Position numbers and translations under genes: made by a program. Under the pieces are notes generated by a model. That model worked only from the letters and a program-made list of their open reading frames with translations, searched no databases and was not told the origin of the DNA. Of a stretch of DNA of 64,000 nt, positions 52,173-64,000 are shown in pieces. Each line of letters starts with the position of its first letter. Positions within the stretch are counted from its first letter, which is position 1. The stretch is from Callorhinchus milii (lineage: Eukaryota): the NCBI RefSeq assembly GCF_018977255.1, contig NW_024704742.1, positions 33,358,001 to 33,422,000 of the forward strand, read 5' to 3'.

Positions 52173-52630
52173 GTCAGCCTGGCTCAGTTGGTAGCACACT
52201 TGGCTCTGTGTCGGAAGGTTTTGGGTTCAAGCCCCACTTCAGGATTTGGAACCCATATTGTCTAGGCTGACACTTTATTGCAGTGCTGTGGGGGTGCTGC
52301 ATTGTTGGAGGTGCCGTCCTTTGGATGAGAAAATAAACCGTGCCCATCTGCCTATTCAGGTGGATATTAAAGATCCCATGGCACTATTCCAAAAGAGAAG
52401 AAAGTTTCTCCCGGTGTCCTGGTCAACAATCCCCTGAAATAAAATTGGTCATTCGTTTCATAGCTGTTTGTGGGATATATTATGAGAATGCAAATTGGCT
52501 GCTGGATTTCCCCACAAAATGCACAGCCACTACACTTTACTGCATATCCTGTGAAGCTCTTTGAGATGCCCTCCCAACATGAAAGGCTCTGCACCAACTG
52601 TAAGGATTATATGTTATTATTATTATTATA
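52173..52630 (+). mobile_element. Full-length Deu-domain tRNA-derived SINE (reference copy)
   Basis: Boxes A and B; 'gctgcattgttggaggtgccgtcctttggatgag...taaagatcccatggcactatt...gtgtcctgg' resembles the DeuSINE/AmnSINE1 domain; L2-like tail with (TTA)n. Confidence 0.88.
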
Positions 52631-55600
52631 TTCACAACAGGTAGGTTCTGCATACAGAGACAATAAATATAAGCCACTCAACACAACATACAAGTACAGA
52701 AACATCAGGAGCATTTACTATTGGAGGCAGAGGGGAATATTGTTGAAGCAGAAGTAATAAACTGCGCTAAGACATCAAAGCCATTAAGCTGAGGGAAAAT
52801 GACACGATTTCTATTAAAAATTGATATCCATATTTCTCTTTAATGCTTTTTAGGATAGTCAGTCCTGTAACAAGATGGCACAGCAACAATGGAAGCAATG
52901 AGAGGAAGTAGCCCAGTGGGGAGTTTAGGGATTTGAGTTAGCTCATCCTAAAAGCTCCCTTATTGCTCTCAGAGACTTTATCATAGACTGAACATTCTTG
53001 TGTATCTAACTGCCAGCCACGTTTCACACACTGATAAAAGATATGCTTGAGCAGTGTTGAATATTGATAAATCTCTTGTGATATTATCAAGGTCTCAGTA
53101 TGCCAAAGTGGGACACGGGGTGGTTATATTGCAGCTAATGTTACTTCTCTTGAATTTAAGAAAATACTGTGAAGTCTTCAAACAGTATTAGACTTGGCCT
53201 CCTCCGAAATCAGTTCATCACTGTAAATATTTTTTCACCATAATTAACCTTTTTGCTTGATTCAATTAACTTGAAGCACAAAGACATATTATGCTGTCGC
53301 CCCAAGCAGGAAATCCTTATTAAATATGTACCTAGGCATACATAGTGTATTCATGAGGTCTGGACTATTATTACTTCCAGTTAATTATGCCCTCCTTTAC
53401 TTTGATTGAACAGAATCACAATCTTAGATTTCAAAGTGTTCCAATTTAAAACAAGGTGTTGAAAGCTGCAGTGATTTACCAATAAAGTTAACAACAGCTG
53501 CTTTAACCGCAGGTGATTGTGGTAATGTGCCTTGTGAAATTGAAAATTTCACAGAAAATGGAAGGCCATTATTATTATTTACATGACAAGACAGTAGTTC
53601 TTGAAAGTAAATGTCTCTGAAAATCTAACTGTGTAGATTTTCCAACAGCTGGTAATGAATACAGTCAGTGTTAAATGCATTTTTTTAATAATAAGTGTTT
53701 CAGCACTTTATCTTCAGAAAAAGTCATCCATTTAATTATTTAACTAGTTAAATAGATAATTATTTGGGGAGGATAAGTTTGCAGGGCTATGGGGAGAGAG
53801 CGGGCGAGTGGGATTGATTTGGATAGCTCTTTTCAAAGAGCCGGCACAGACATGATGAGCCGAATGGCCTCCTTCTGTACCGAATGATTCTATGATTTAC
53901 TAATTGCATAAGCAGACAGGACCTTTCTGTCAGCGAGATTCAATTGTTTTACTTTTTAAACAACAAGAATATGTAAGGACTTTGGCTATCAAATTGATTA
54001 AGTCCCAATCATAAAATTGAATCAGGCTATAGTGTTAATTATGGTAAAGAAATCTTTTCAATATTTAGTACTGGGGAAGGCAAGTCTTCTATAAAAACTA
54101 CACAGGGCTCGCACAAAGCTTTATACCCACATTGTTTATTTTTCAAATGAAAATAATAACAATTCTTGAACTGATTTGGTACCTTAGCTCTTCATTGATC
54201 ACCTCAAAGTATTTCATAGGATTTACTGTAAAGTCTTGTGAATGTGAAGGAAGTGATTCCAGTGTCTGTATTGCCCACGCATGCAACAAGCAGAAAGTGA
54301 CTTTAGCAGTGATATGCTGACCGGAAAGTTGAGTTTTTTTGTAATTCACTTAATATACAGCTGCAGAGACATTAGGATCAGTTGCATTATAATGGGATTT
54401 CCCTGTATATAATAGTTCTTCATCTCCATTTACCTTAATATTCTTACTTCCCAAGTACTTGTGATCTCCGTCTTAAACACCTGAATTGATTCAGTATTGT
54501 GGCTTTCTGGGGTAGTGCATTCCACATTCTCACCCCGCTTGTGTGCGCAACTATTTTTTGGATTCACCTTTAACATTTTTGAGATTATGCTCTATTTTTG
54601 AGATTTATAAAATGAATAACAAATCATACAATCTATGTTAAACAAACTTCCTTCAGACAATTGTCCCTATAAATGTTGAACTAAATACATAACTGCAAAT
54701 ATTGGATTCAGATAATCAACACTATTGTTACTTTAGGTTTTCTGAAATATAATACACATATCCATAAAACACCATTCAAAATGCCATTATCATATCTACA
54801 ATAAATTAATGGATAAGATATGAAATTAAATTATAATGTGGTTCAGCATGTGTTTACAATAATTCTTATAAGCCATACTATTCAGATTTCTTCACCAACT
54901 AATTACCCATATTAGGTTATTAATACTCCTCACCCTGATTTTGAATTAGCCTTCAATAGTCAAGCAATTAACATATTATATTACATTGCATATTAATGGG
55001 CCAAAGATATATTAGAAAATTTAACATGAAATCAAGTCCCAATGAAATGCAGAACCACAATATGGAGTATAAGACGCAAGGATTGCAATACTTTATTTAG
55101 TCAGCAGGGTGTCTAACATATGGAAACCCATCACCATGTTTGAGTATCCAAACCAGAATGAGAACTCCACATGTGCTAACCACCTGTCACGGAAATTACC
55201 CCGCCTGGAGTGGAATGCGCACTCCTATATAAATGAGTCATTCATTCTATTCCACTCTAATGCAAAGTTGAACATTTTAAATCAGATTTGTCAGCTTTTC
55301 TGCTCTATTCTCAATGGACTCATGGATTAAAACACCATTGTTTTTGCCTCGCTGCAGTTTCAGCAGGAGGGTCAATAATGATATGATGCCTAGAAACCAA
55401 ATATTATGTTTTGGAAACCAAAGTTTCTGCTTTTTTTTTAAAAAATCGTGCAAACGCATCATCTCAAGAATCAACATGACCAATGCAAAATGCAAGACAT
55501 TGAGTCTATCACATAAACGTAGCTGTGCTTATGTAGAACCAGACCAAGAGAAGTCCTGAAAGAGCTCATTTACTGTGTCAAAATATACACAAGAAAGAGA

Positions 55601-56619
55601 CCTGATCATTGTCTATGGATCTATAGTTGAACTCAACACATCCAGCTGCCTTACACCATCTCCAAAGCACTTCCAAATATATATGAAAAATGCTTGCTGA
55701 TACCCATTATGATAATAAATTATGATTTAAATTCTATTAAACAAAGAAAGTGACATGAGATGAAAATTCTGACAGTTTGCTCCAGATGTGAATAATATCA
55801 CTTGAAAGTGTGCTCTATGAACACGGGTTCGGGTTTGGTTGTGATGCCTGACTGTGCAAAATAGCTCACCCGCTAATGCATGTGAAAATAAATAGTTAGA
55901 ACTGCTGATGCCTCCTCTGGATCCACAACCCAGGTCTTGAGGACTGGAGGGGAGAAAATTAAAAAAATTTATAATAATAATCCTTGCATTTGATATAGCG
56001 CCTTATCACGTCTTCGAGACATCTCAGCGCCTTGGGACGTCCTCCCGACGTGAAAGGCGCTCAATAAATGGAATCTTGTTGTTGTTGTTGTTGCCTCAAA
56101 GCACTTCACCCGATACTGTATTGTGAATTGACTGTATATTTTGTCAGCAACACAACCCCAGAGTGTTCAACCTTCAAGATTTTGAGGTAATCTCTCGATT
56201 TGAAAGGCACTATTTCAATAATAAAAAACTAGATCTTATTCAGCCTCAAAGTTCATAAAAATGACAATAAATCAACCTTTCCCATTTCTGCTGCCGATGG
56301 ACAGATTTTGTTACTTGTATCCAGAAGGTATATGGATATTTACTGTTTACATGGTTCTACTATTTGTTTTTGTCTTCTATTGTATCTTGCAGAACTCTCC
56401 CATGATGATAGGATTTTGTTGATGTAATGTTTATACTATTATTAATCACGCCCACCTTGAGACAGTCGACAGACTGTTCATTATTAGTACACTTTGACAG
56501 GAAAAGAAAAATGGGAGCGCTGGATCTCTGAAGCAGTTGCCCCCTGCAGTGTAACGAGTGCTGCTTCACAGGACAAATGGCTTTATCCGGAATGATAAAG
56601 GTCACTCACCTAAATAAAA

Positions 56620-57048
56620 ATAATAATAACCCATACATTTGATTTAGTGCTTTTCACGCTGGGATAATGTCTCAAAACGCTTCACTAGATTCACTGTCAA
56701 GGGTGGTGTCTGTGTATTTTGCAGGCAAATGCAGCAGCTAATCTTACACACTGCAACGTTCCACAAACAGCCATGAAGTTAATGACTTATTTGAAGTATT
56801 TTTGGCCAGGACACTTGGAGAAACTCCCTTCTCTTTTTGAATAGTGCTACGGGATCTTTTAACGTCCACCTGAACAAGCTGACAGAACTTCAGCTTAAAG
56901 TCTCATCTGAAGGACAGCACCTACAAAAATGTAATACTTTACCCAGAACTGCACTGGAGTGTTAGCCAAGACTTGGAGTTCAAAGTCTCAATATGGAACT
57001 TCAACCCACAATCTCTGACTCAGAGGCAAGAGTGCCAGCACTGAGTCA
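56620..57048 (-). mobile_element. Full-length Deu-domain SINE
   Basis: Reverse-complement similarity to 52173-52630. Confidence 0.85.
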
Positions 57049-57587
57049 TTCACAGCTCTTCTTCAAGGGAAACATACATTATGCATCCCAATTATCAAGA
57101 CGATGGGATTTCTTAAAGATGGTTCAAGACCCTTAATTGAAATGAAATGCTGGTATAATAATGGTTTGCAGTGATTTTCTTGTATCCAGGTAACTGTAAT
57201 TGAAGTTCTTGTAATATAGGAATGCATTAGCAGATTTGTGATAATATGGCACAAAATCAGAACTGTGAAAAACTTTCACCAGTTCAGTGTACAAGCCTAA
57301 TAAAGATGTAAGAGATAAAATAAAATTGACCCAGACAGTAATCTAAATATATTCATTTGGATGGACATGTGTGGGATCCAGGGAAATGTTTCGAAGGCAT
57401 GAAGTGTTCTACACACCTTGATATCATCAATCCGGTCATTGAAGAAGTCAATGCGGTTCTAGTTTACAAAAACCCAAGCTGTAAATCAGAGCTGGGATCC
57501 GCAGCTATTGCAATGTATTGTAGATCTAGTTCCAGTGCATTTGGTAAGCAAACCCAAGCAGGATAGCAGCAGAGAGGCAAAGTAACT

Positions 57588-57840
57588 ACAACTTGTACCT
57601 ATATAGAGCTCTTCATATGATGTAGCATCATGGGGCTCTGAACAATGGAAGTGTTTGATACCAAGCCACAGAGATGGGGGAGGTGACTGTAGACATGATT
57701 GAAGAAGAAAGTCTTCATGTGCGATTTGAAGATAGGTGAAGGGGGGCAAAGTGGAGGGATTGAGACAGGGGACTCCAGAGGTTTGGAGCATAGTGGCTGA
57801 AGACACGACCACCGATGGTAAAGAAAGGTTGGGCGACATC
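57588..57840 (-). mobile_element. L2 3' end fragment
   Basis: Minus strand: 'accatcggtggtcgtgtcttcagccac...ttcaaatcgcacatgaagactttcttctt'. Confidence 0.7.
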
Positions 57841-58212
57841 TAGAAAAACAGAAAATGGATCAGTGGAATTTGGATGAAGCCAATCTGTGAATTAATTGCC
57901 AGGCTAGGGTATTCCTTCCAACATTTCATGCAGTCAGTTTGGCTATGAATTCCAATGGTTTAATGACTGCAAATATAGTGTCGTTTGAGGCAGGAATAAA
58001 TAAATTGTATCCCTGAGGAAATTAGTTCAGGATTATTGTGACAACAGATCTATAACCACAAAGAATGACATTAAACCTAACAACCTGTGGACTTTAGAAA
58101 TGTCAATTGATGGAAAGAGCAGGAGGTTAGAAGAATATGTTTTTACACACACAGGTTTGCCGGAATATAGAGTGCTTTTCTACAAATCTTGTCGATGCCA
58201 ATCCATCACAGA

Positions 58213-58552
58213 AATAATAATAATACTTGCATTTGATACAGCACCTTTTACATCGAAGGGGCATCTCAAAGTGCTTCACAGGATTTACTGTGAATGTGTA
58301 GACAAACGTGGCAGCAGATTGCACAAGTAATGCCTCACAAACAGTCATGAAGAAAATGACCAATTTTACCTCAGGATTTTTGGTCAAGACACAGGGAGAA
58401 ATTCCCTTCTGTTTTCGAATAGTGCCACTGAAACTTTAACATCCACTTGTAAAGGTGGACAGTACCTTGGTTTAACATCTCATCTGAAGAACAGCATCTC
58501 CAACTATGCTGCGCATCCCCAGCACTGCATTGCAGTGTCAGCCTAGACTATG
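58213..58552 (-). mobile_element. Deu-domain SINE lacking the head
   Basis: Reverse-complement similarity to 52260-52625. Confidence 0.8.
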
Positions 58553-60184
58553 CTGTTTAAAGTTTGCACACATATTTGGAGATTTGTATAAGTACTTCAG
58601 AAAAAATAATATGGGGAAGAATAGTGGAACTGGATAAGGTTGGCTGGAACCAGCAGGGGGTTCCTGATCTGAAAACCATTTAGAAACTATCTCTATGTAG
58701 ATTTAAACTGTAAAACGTATTAATAATAATCATTGCATTGCAGTGTCCTTCTGATGGGAAAAGTGCAAAACGAAATGTAAGGATTATTATTGTTATCATT
58801 TGATATGGCACCTTTCACATCATGAGGACATCTCAAAGTGCTCCACTGGATTTACTACAAAGTGCAGTGACTGAGTATTTTGTAGATGATTACTCTGATT
58901 TCTGGTCAACTTAGCTGTGTCAAGTGCTTTGAGACATCCTCCCAATGTGAAAGAAGTTATAGAAATGTAAACTGTATTGTACAATTTGTATGTAGTCTGT
59001 CAGTATGGATGCTGCCTGTCAGTATGTCTTGGTGTAATGAAGTGTGATGACAACCACAATGAAAGATTAATGATTGTAACATTGTCTTTGCAATTTAATT
59101 GAAATAATTTGTGGTTGCGGTGGCTAATGTACGTTGCAAAGGACTTTCTTTAAAATGAGTGAATCGATTTTTTTTTCCTTTCAATTGTGTTTTAATCTCC
59201 TGTTTTAATCCTCTTGCTTTCCGCAATGCCTCCTTCGGACTAGAAATTGGAGAAGAGGTACAGTTTGACCTTTTTTTAATTCAATATTGTGCTGAATGAT
59301 GTGCCAACAAGAAACACATTGCTGATTTCAATTTCAGGTGGGAAGCTCCACTGTGGCAAAGTGCTCCACAGCTCTGAGCTCAGTGTAAATGTGGGTGTAG
59401 GGGTGTAACTTGCAGGCACATCCCTATAGTTGTTCTCTCGGTTGACTGGATCCCTGAGGTGGGCTGCAATGACAGGTGGTGCCCTGAGGTTTCTAACCCT
59501 GCAACCATCTGGTTTGGGAGCCGTTGCTGTCAAGGCTCAGCACCCGTGCTGCTGGAGTAAAATCTCATTTCCAATTTCATGTGCGTGAAGATGACAGCAA
59601 TGAGCGCAGAATGCAACAATACAACATGACTGCTTAATTGTTTTTTATATATGTGCTGCAGTACAACATAATGAAATTACATTAAGAGAACTCCAACCGC
59701 ATGATAAACACAAGCAATAAATCTTTTGACAGCATTAGCACAGTTTGTGCATTACAAACCTAAGAGGAAAATGAGTTGGGTTTTAATGGCATATTAATGA
59801 ATAATTAATAACCACAGCAGCTGAGGCTCATGTGTAAATGACAATACATATTACATTGAAAGAAAACCAAGTTGCTTGTACGGCATAAGTAAAATTGATT
59901 GTTTGCTTCATGGCTGTTTGTGGGACTTTACTATGCGCAAATTGGCTGCCATTTTACGCCTACAAATACACAGCTCCTGCACTTCACATTAAAGTCCAGT
60001 GAAGGGCTTTGAGACATCTCAACAACATGATAACGGACTTTATTAAATGAAAGGATTATTATTATATACATAAAAGGATCTCAGCAGCTTTGACTTTAAT
60101 CATGAGTACTGTAAGCAAACAGCAGCGACACAATAAATGTGAATTATAACCCAAATTTAACCCAAATTACTGCAACAGACCAAT

Positions 60185-60350
60185 ATAATAATAATAATAA
60201 TAATAATCCTTGCATTTGATATAGCGCTTTTCACGTCGGGAGGACGTCCCAAAGCGCTTCACAGAACACACTGTAAAGTGAATTAACTGTATATTTGTGG
60301 GCGAACGCAGCAGCCAAGCCAGTGCGCTAACCACTAAGCTACAGGACTCC
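60185..60350 (-). mobile_element. Short family-2 SINE derivative lacking box B
   Basis: Head ggagtcctgtagcttagtggttagcgcac joined directly to the 3' region and (TTA)n tail. Confidence 0.82.
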
Positions 60351-60969
60351 ATTATACAATTAACATGGCAAGAGGAATGTCACAAGAAGATAAAGCAAAT
60401 AACAAGAAAAGACCATTTGGTCCATCAAACCCACACCTTCCACTGAGTCTTGTGGGACTTAACTTCACTAGAGTCCTGACAGAGATCAGCTCAAGGACTC
60501 ATCATGGGTTTAAAACAAATGAGTTTTTTTTATTAGGGCTTTTACCAACTAACAAAAGGTAAAATATTTCTATTTATTATTCACTAATGATTTTACCTGC
60601 ATTTAAAGTGCAGACAGAGATCAACTCAATAACCAGTACATTTTGAGCCATGTTACTGTCAATGGACAGCCCTGGATCAAATGAGTAGATCTAAAATTCT
60701 GTCTCCACTCTCAGACATTGTTTCATTTAGTGGCTTCTATCAAAACTGTGTGAATCCTGTGAACACACCTTTCAAGTCAGCCACAGGCACAATACAATAA
60801 CACATTTGTATAGTACCTTTTACGTCGGGAGGGCATCCCAAGGCGCTGGAGCAACTCAGGTATTAGAAACACCTAGACCTGAAAATCCACGTAGTCCTTG
60901 CCTGGCAGACCATTTTAACTTGAAATGTAAGATTTCTCAGAATTGTAAACAATTCTTCAATTCAATCTC

Positions 60970-61352
60970 ATCTGCCTGTTCAGGTGGACATTGAAGATTA
61001 AGTGGCATTATTCAAAGAGATTGGAGTTTCTCCTGGTGTCCTGGCCAACAACCTCCCAGATCACCAGATCACAAGATTAGTTTGGATGAAAAAGGCCCTT
61101 GGGCCTATCTGATCCTCCAGAAATCTACCTTACTGTCCTCCCACCACAGAATCAATAAAATGAGTCCACTGTCCAGACCTCAAGTATCTCTCATGGTACT
61201 CTGAATAAAATTGCCCATTCACATAATGGCTATTTGTGGGACATTGCTGTGAGCAAATTGGCTGTTGTGGCACTACACTTTACAATAAATTACTTTGAGA
61301 CATCCTCCTGATGTGAAAGGTGCTATATCAAATGCAAGGATTATTATTATTG
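60970..61352 (+). mobile_element. Deu-domain SINE 3' half with a nested minus-strand CR1-type 3' fragment (~61058-61200)
   Basis: The SINE body is interrupted by 'gatcacaagattagtttggatgaaaaaggccc', the reverse complement of the element at ~475-525. Confidence 0.7.
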
Positions 61353-62009
61353 TTGTTCTGTTGCACAATATAATATACAATAGCAGTAATTACATTTGTT
61401 GAAACTTTAGAGATATCCTAAACCAATTATGTATTCTAAGTTGGTGTCATTATTGTTTTCCCCACAGACAGATTCACCCTAGAATTTTGTCAGTGAACCT
61501 GAAACAGAATGAGTCCGACCTGGATATCGAGCCAGGCTGGGTTATGTTAAGCATCGACAGCACAACTCCAAATGAAAAGCAGAAAGCACGCCTGACTTCA
61601 CCTGGTCTGTCCATTAATTAGCTCTCTGCACACAGGCTCTCAGTTCTCTGCAGGAGAACTATTGCCTTAAATTATTCATGCGCACTGTTCCCAGCGCCAC
61701 GTTCAATATGCAAATTGTGCATTCATTGGCCAAAAAGTACCAGATTCAAAAGTGTCTTGTGTGACGACTCTTTATCCCCTGAAGCAGCAAAAGGCCGGCA
61801 GCAATCCATTTACGCCAAGCAGCACATCCCTCAGAGGAAAGGAAAAAGGGAAATTTAATGCAGAAGCCAGAAGGTGAATAGTTTCTTGCTCGGTGCTTTT
61901 TTGTAAATAAAACTTGGCAAATTACAAACACAAACAGAGAGATTTATTCTTGCAAAGTGGCTGGATATTCCCACTGACTGGGCCAAGAGAGAAAATGTTT
62001 GACCAAGAC

Positions 62010-62312
62010 ACATTTGGTATAGCCCCTTGTCAAGTGTTTGAGACAGCTCAAAGCACTTCACAAAATACACTGTAAAGTAAGGCTTTGTGGGTGAAATGCA
62101 GCAGTCAATTGCGCACAGCAGTGTCCCACAAACAATCGTGGATTACGTGACCAAATTATTATTTATTTTGAAGGGAGTATTATCCTCAGAAAGTGATCCA
62201 CCAATTGACTAATAAGTGGGTTCCTACTTACCGCTGGGCAAACAAGGCTTGTGTGTGGTGTAAGGAAACATACCCAATGTTTTGCCCTGCAGGGGAATGA
62301 AGCCTGAGGTCC
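62010..62312 (-). mobile_element. Family-2 SINE, older copy
   Basis: Reverse-complement similarity to 48200-48500. Confidence 0.75.
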
Positions 62313-62353
62313 CAGAATCACTCCCTCCCCACTGCTCGCAAACTCTTCCCTCC

Positions 62354-62898
62354 TTAAAGATCATCATCCTCATCAGGCAGGGCAGTCTTTGAGGCAGCCT
62401 GCGGTTCTCTCTCAGATTGCTCTGCTAGCTATGGGTTCATGTGTATCTCGGCGGGAGTGGGCACAGGTTTGGGTCTTCCTCGCCAGCCACAGGAAAGGCT
62501 GTTCAAAGTTATAGTTACTCTTAGATGAAATGTTGTAATACTGGAGGTTTTTCTTGCGATGAAAGACGATGGATTTGACTTTATGATACTTGACGTTGAC
62601 CTTGTTTCCGCACAGAACAATGGAAATGTTTTCACAGACGTGCACTAAATCCCGGTGCTAATCAAAGACGTTTTTGTAGATGATCCGAGGTGCGATATCA
62701 AACATTATAATGGCACATTAAGCTTGTATGCAGTAACTATCTCTTAAACCCCTTAATTTTTCTTGGCCCACCGTGTACCAGACATTAAATTTCACCTTGC
62801 CACAGTTTTTGTGAAATTTAACAGGATAGACTTTGACTCCAAGGATATTCCAGTGATGTGTCTCTTAACAAAATGTTGTCTTTCAGCTCTCCCACCAG
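62354..62898 (-). pseudogene. RAN: Processed pseudogene of the GTP-binding nuclear protein Ran
   Basis: Intronless: FVKRHITG...[12 protein letters not shown]...CAIIMFD...[14 protein letters not shown]...[13 protein letters not shown]...[15 protein letters not shown]...[10 protein letters not shown]. Three in-frame stops, frameshifts and deletions (P-loop, EFEKKYVA). Confidence 0.93.
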
Positions 62899-62909
62899 AT
62901 ATATACGAT

Positions 62910-63007
62910 ATACGGTCAATTCACTTTACAGTCTATTCTGTGAAGCGCTTTGAGACATCGAGAAGACGTGAAAAGCGCTATATCAAATGCAAGGATTATT
63001 ATTATTA
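62910..63007 (+). mobile_element. SINE 3' tail fragment (similar tails near 20873-20985, 24045-24121, 47520-47600, 50053-50160)
   Basis: 'tcaattcactttac...gtgaagcgctttgagac...gcgctatatcaaatgcaaggattattatt'. Confidence 0.85.
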
Positions 63008-64000
63008 GAGTCTCAGTGTTGCCCACTCCCCAGACGCAGCAAGATGTCATTATTTTTGTGCAGCTGAAAACTAAACATCTGTTTAATTCAACCTGTAACC
63101 CACCGAGCAGCACTCAAACAATGCCTCTGGTTTTAGAAAAATAATCTACCTCTGAGCCGCTATGCGGAAATCTACATTTGGAGAAGAGGCTTCAGAACAA
63201 ACTCAAAGTCAGGGGTGATCGAGTGTTCGCTCTAAACCCTGTTGATAGTTAAAGACAGGCTTGAATCCCAATTTTTCAGCAGGTTGAGAAATTGTTGCTT
63301 AATTATGGAACAGTGTTAATTAATAAAAGTAATAAAATACAGAATCCAATGTTTAAGAATGCTGCAGTTAACCGTCTCCTCTCACCAATATTTCAATATT
63401 AAGCTCATAAATAGGTTACAACCATTTCCAAGAAATGCTAACAGAAATTCTGTCCCAACATTTGTAGAGTTAATGACAGAATTTGGAGAGTAAAATTCTA
63501 AAACCTGTGCTAAAATCCTGAAGAAATTCTGTAAGTCTATTTCAAGCATTAACAATGTCATGTTACCAAGATAGAAACTCTTAATTGGGCCTCATTAATG
63601 GGTGAGGTACAGAGCAATGTCTCTTTACTCAATGCATACCATCATTTTAGTCTACTTATAGACCACCACTGATTTATAGCCATTATCGGTTGGTGTACAT
63701 ATGACAAAGGATTCTGTAGAAGGGATCATGAATCACTGGACAGCAGGAACCATGGTGAACATGTTCCTTTAATAAGTCAATGTACCTTCTGTTTAACCAC
63801 CACACATAGTCATATCCAATGTGTTTTCTCCACCAACCCAACCGCTTAATAAAACAGATACAAGTCAAAGTTAATTAATGGCAGAGAAAAAGTATTAGGA
63901 AACGTTTATGCTGAAACCTCTACCCCCAACAAATGTAAGTAAAACTTTAATGAGAGTCCAAAGCAGCATATTTTATGAAAATTAACTTGAAGAAGCACAA

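Noticed and set aside
20873..63007. Recurring 'gcgctatatcaaatgcaaggattatt' motif as a CRISPR-like array
   Set aside because: Dispersed irregularly on both strands in eukaryotic DNA; these are SINE/L2 3' tails.

Overview
Repeat-rich, AT-rich vertebrate genomic DNA, not prokaryotic. The mix of CR1 and L2 LINEs with Deu-domain and tRNA-derived SINEs points to a cartilaginous fish, possibly a holocephalan (inference). The window appears to lie inside the 5' part of an ankyrin-B gene (ANK2) on the minus strand. Three phase-0 ankyrin-repeat exons are clear (18927-18826, 13004-12906, 8737-8639), and the last uses a GC splice donor. The large upstream intron holds: a strong candidate alternative first exon (33265-33140) encoding an N-myristoylation/palmitoylation-type N-terminus (MGNAALCHSC...) in frame with the ankyrin repeats, behind a muscle-like motif cluster; a weaker second candidate first exon (46519-46487); an unexplained 151-aa ORF (22834-22379); a pair of ~205-bp inverted repeats (43873-45694); and a degenerate intronless Ran retrocopy whose parent looks divergent from canonical vertebrate Ran (62898-62354). 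The rest is SINE, LINE and MITE debris. Repeat boundaries are approximate, and all alignments and counts were done by eye.
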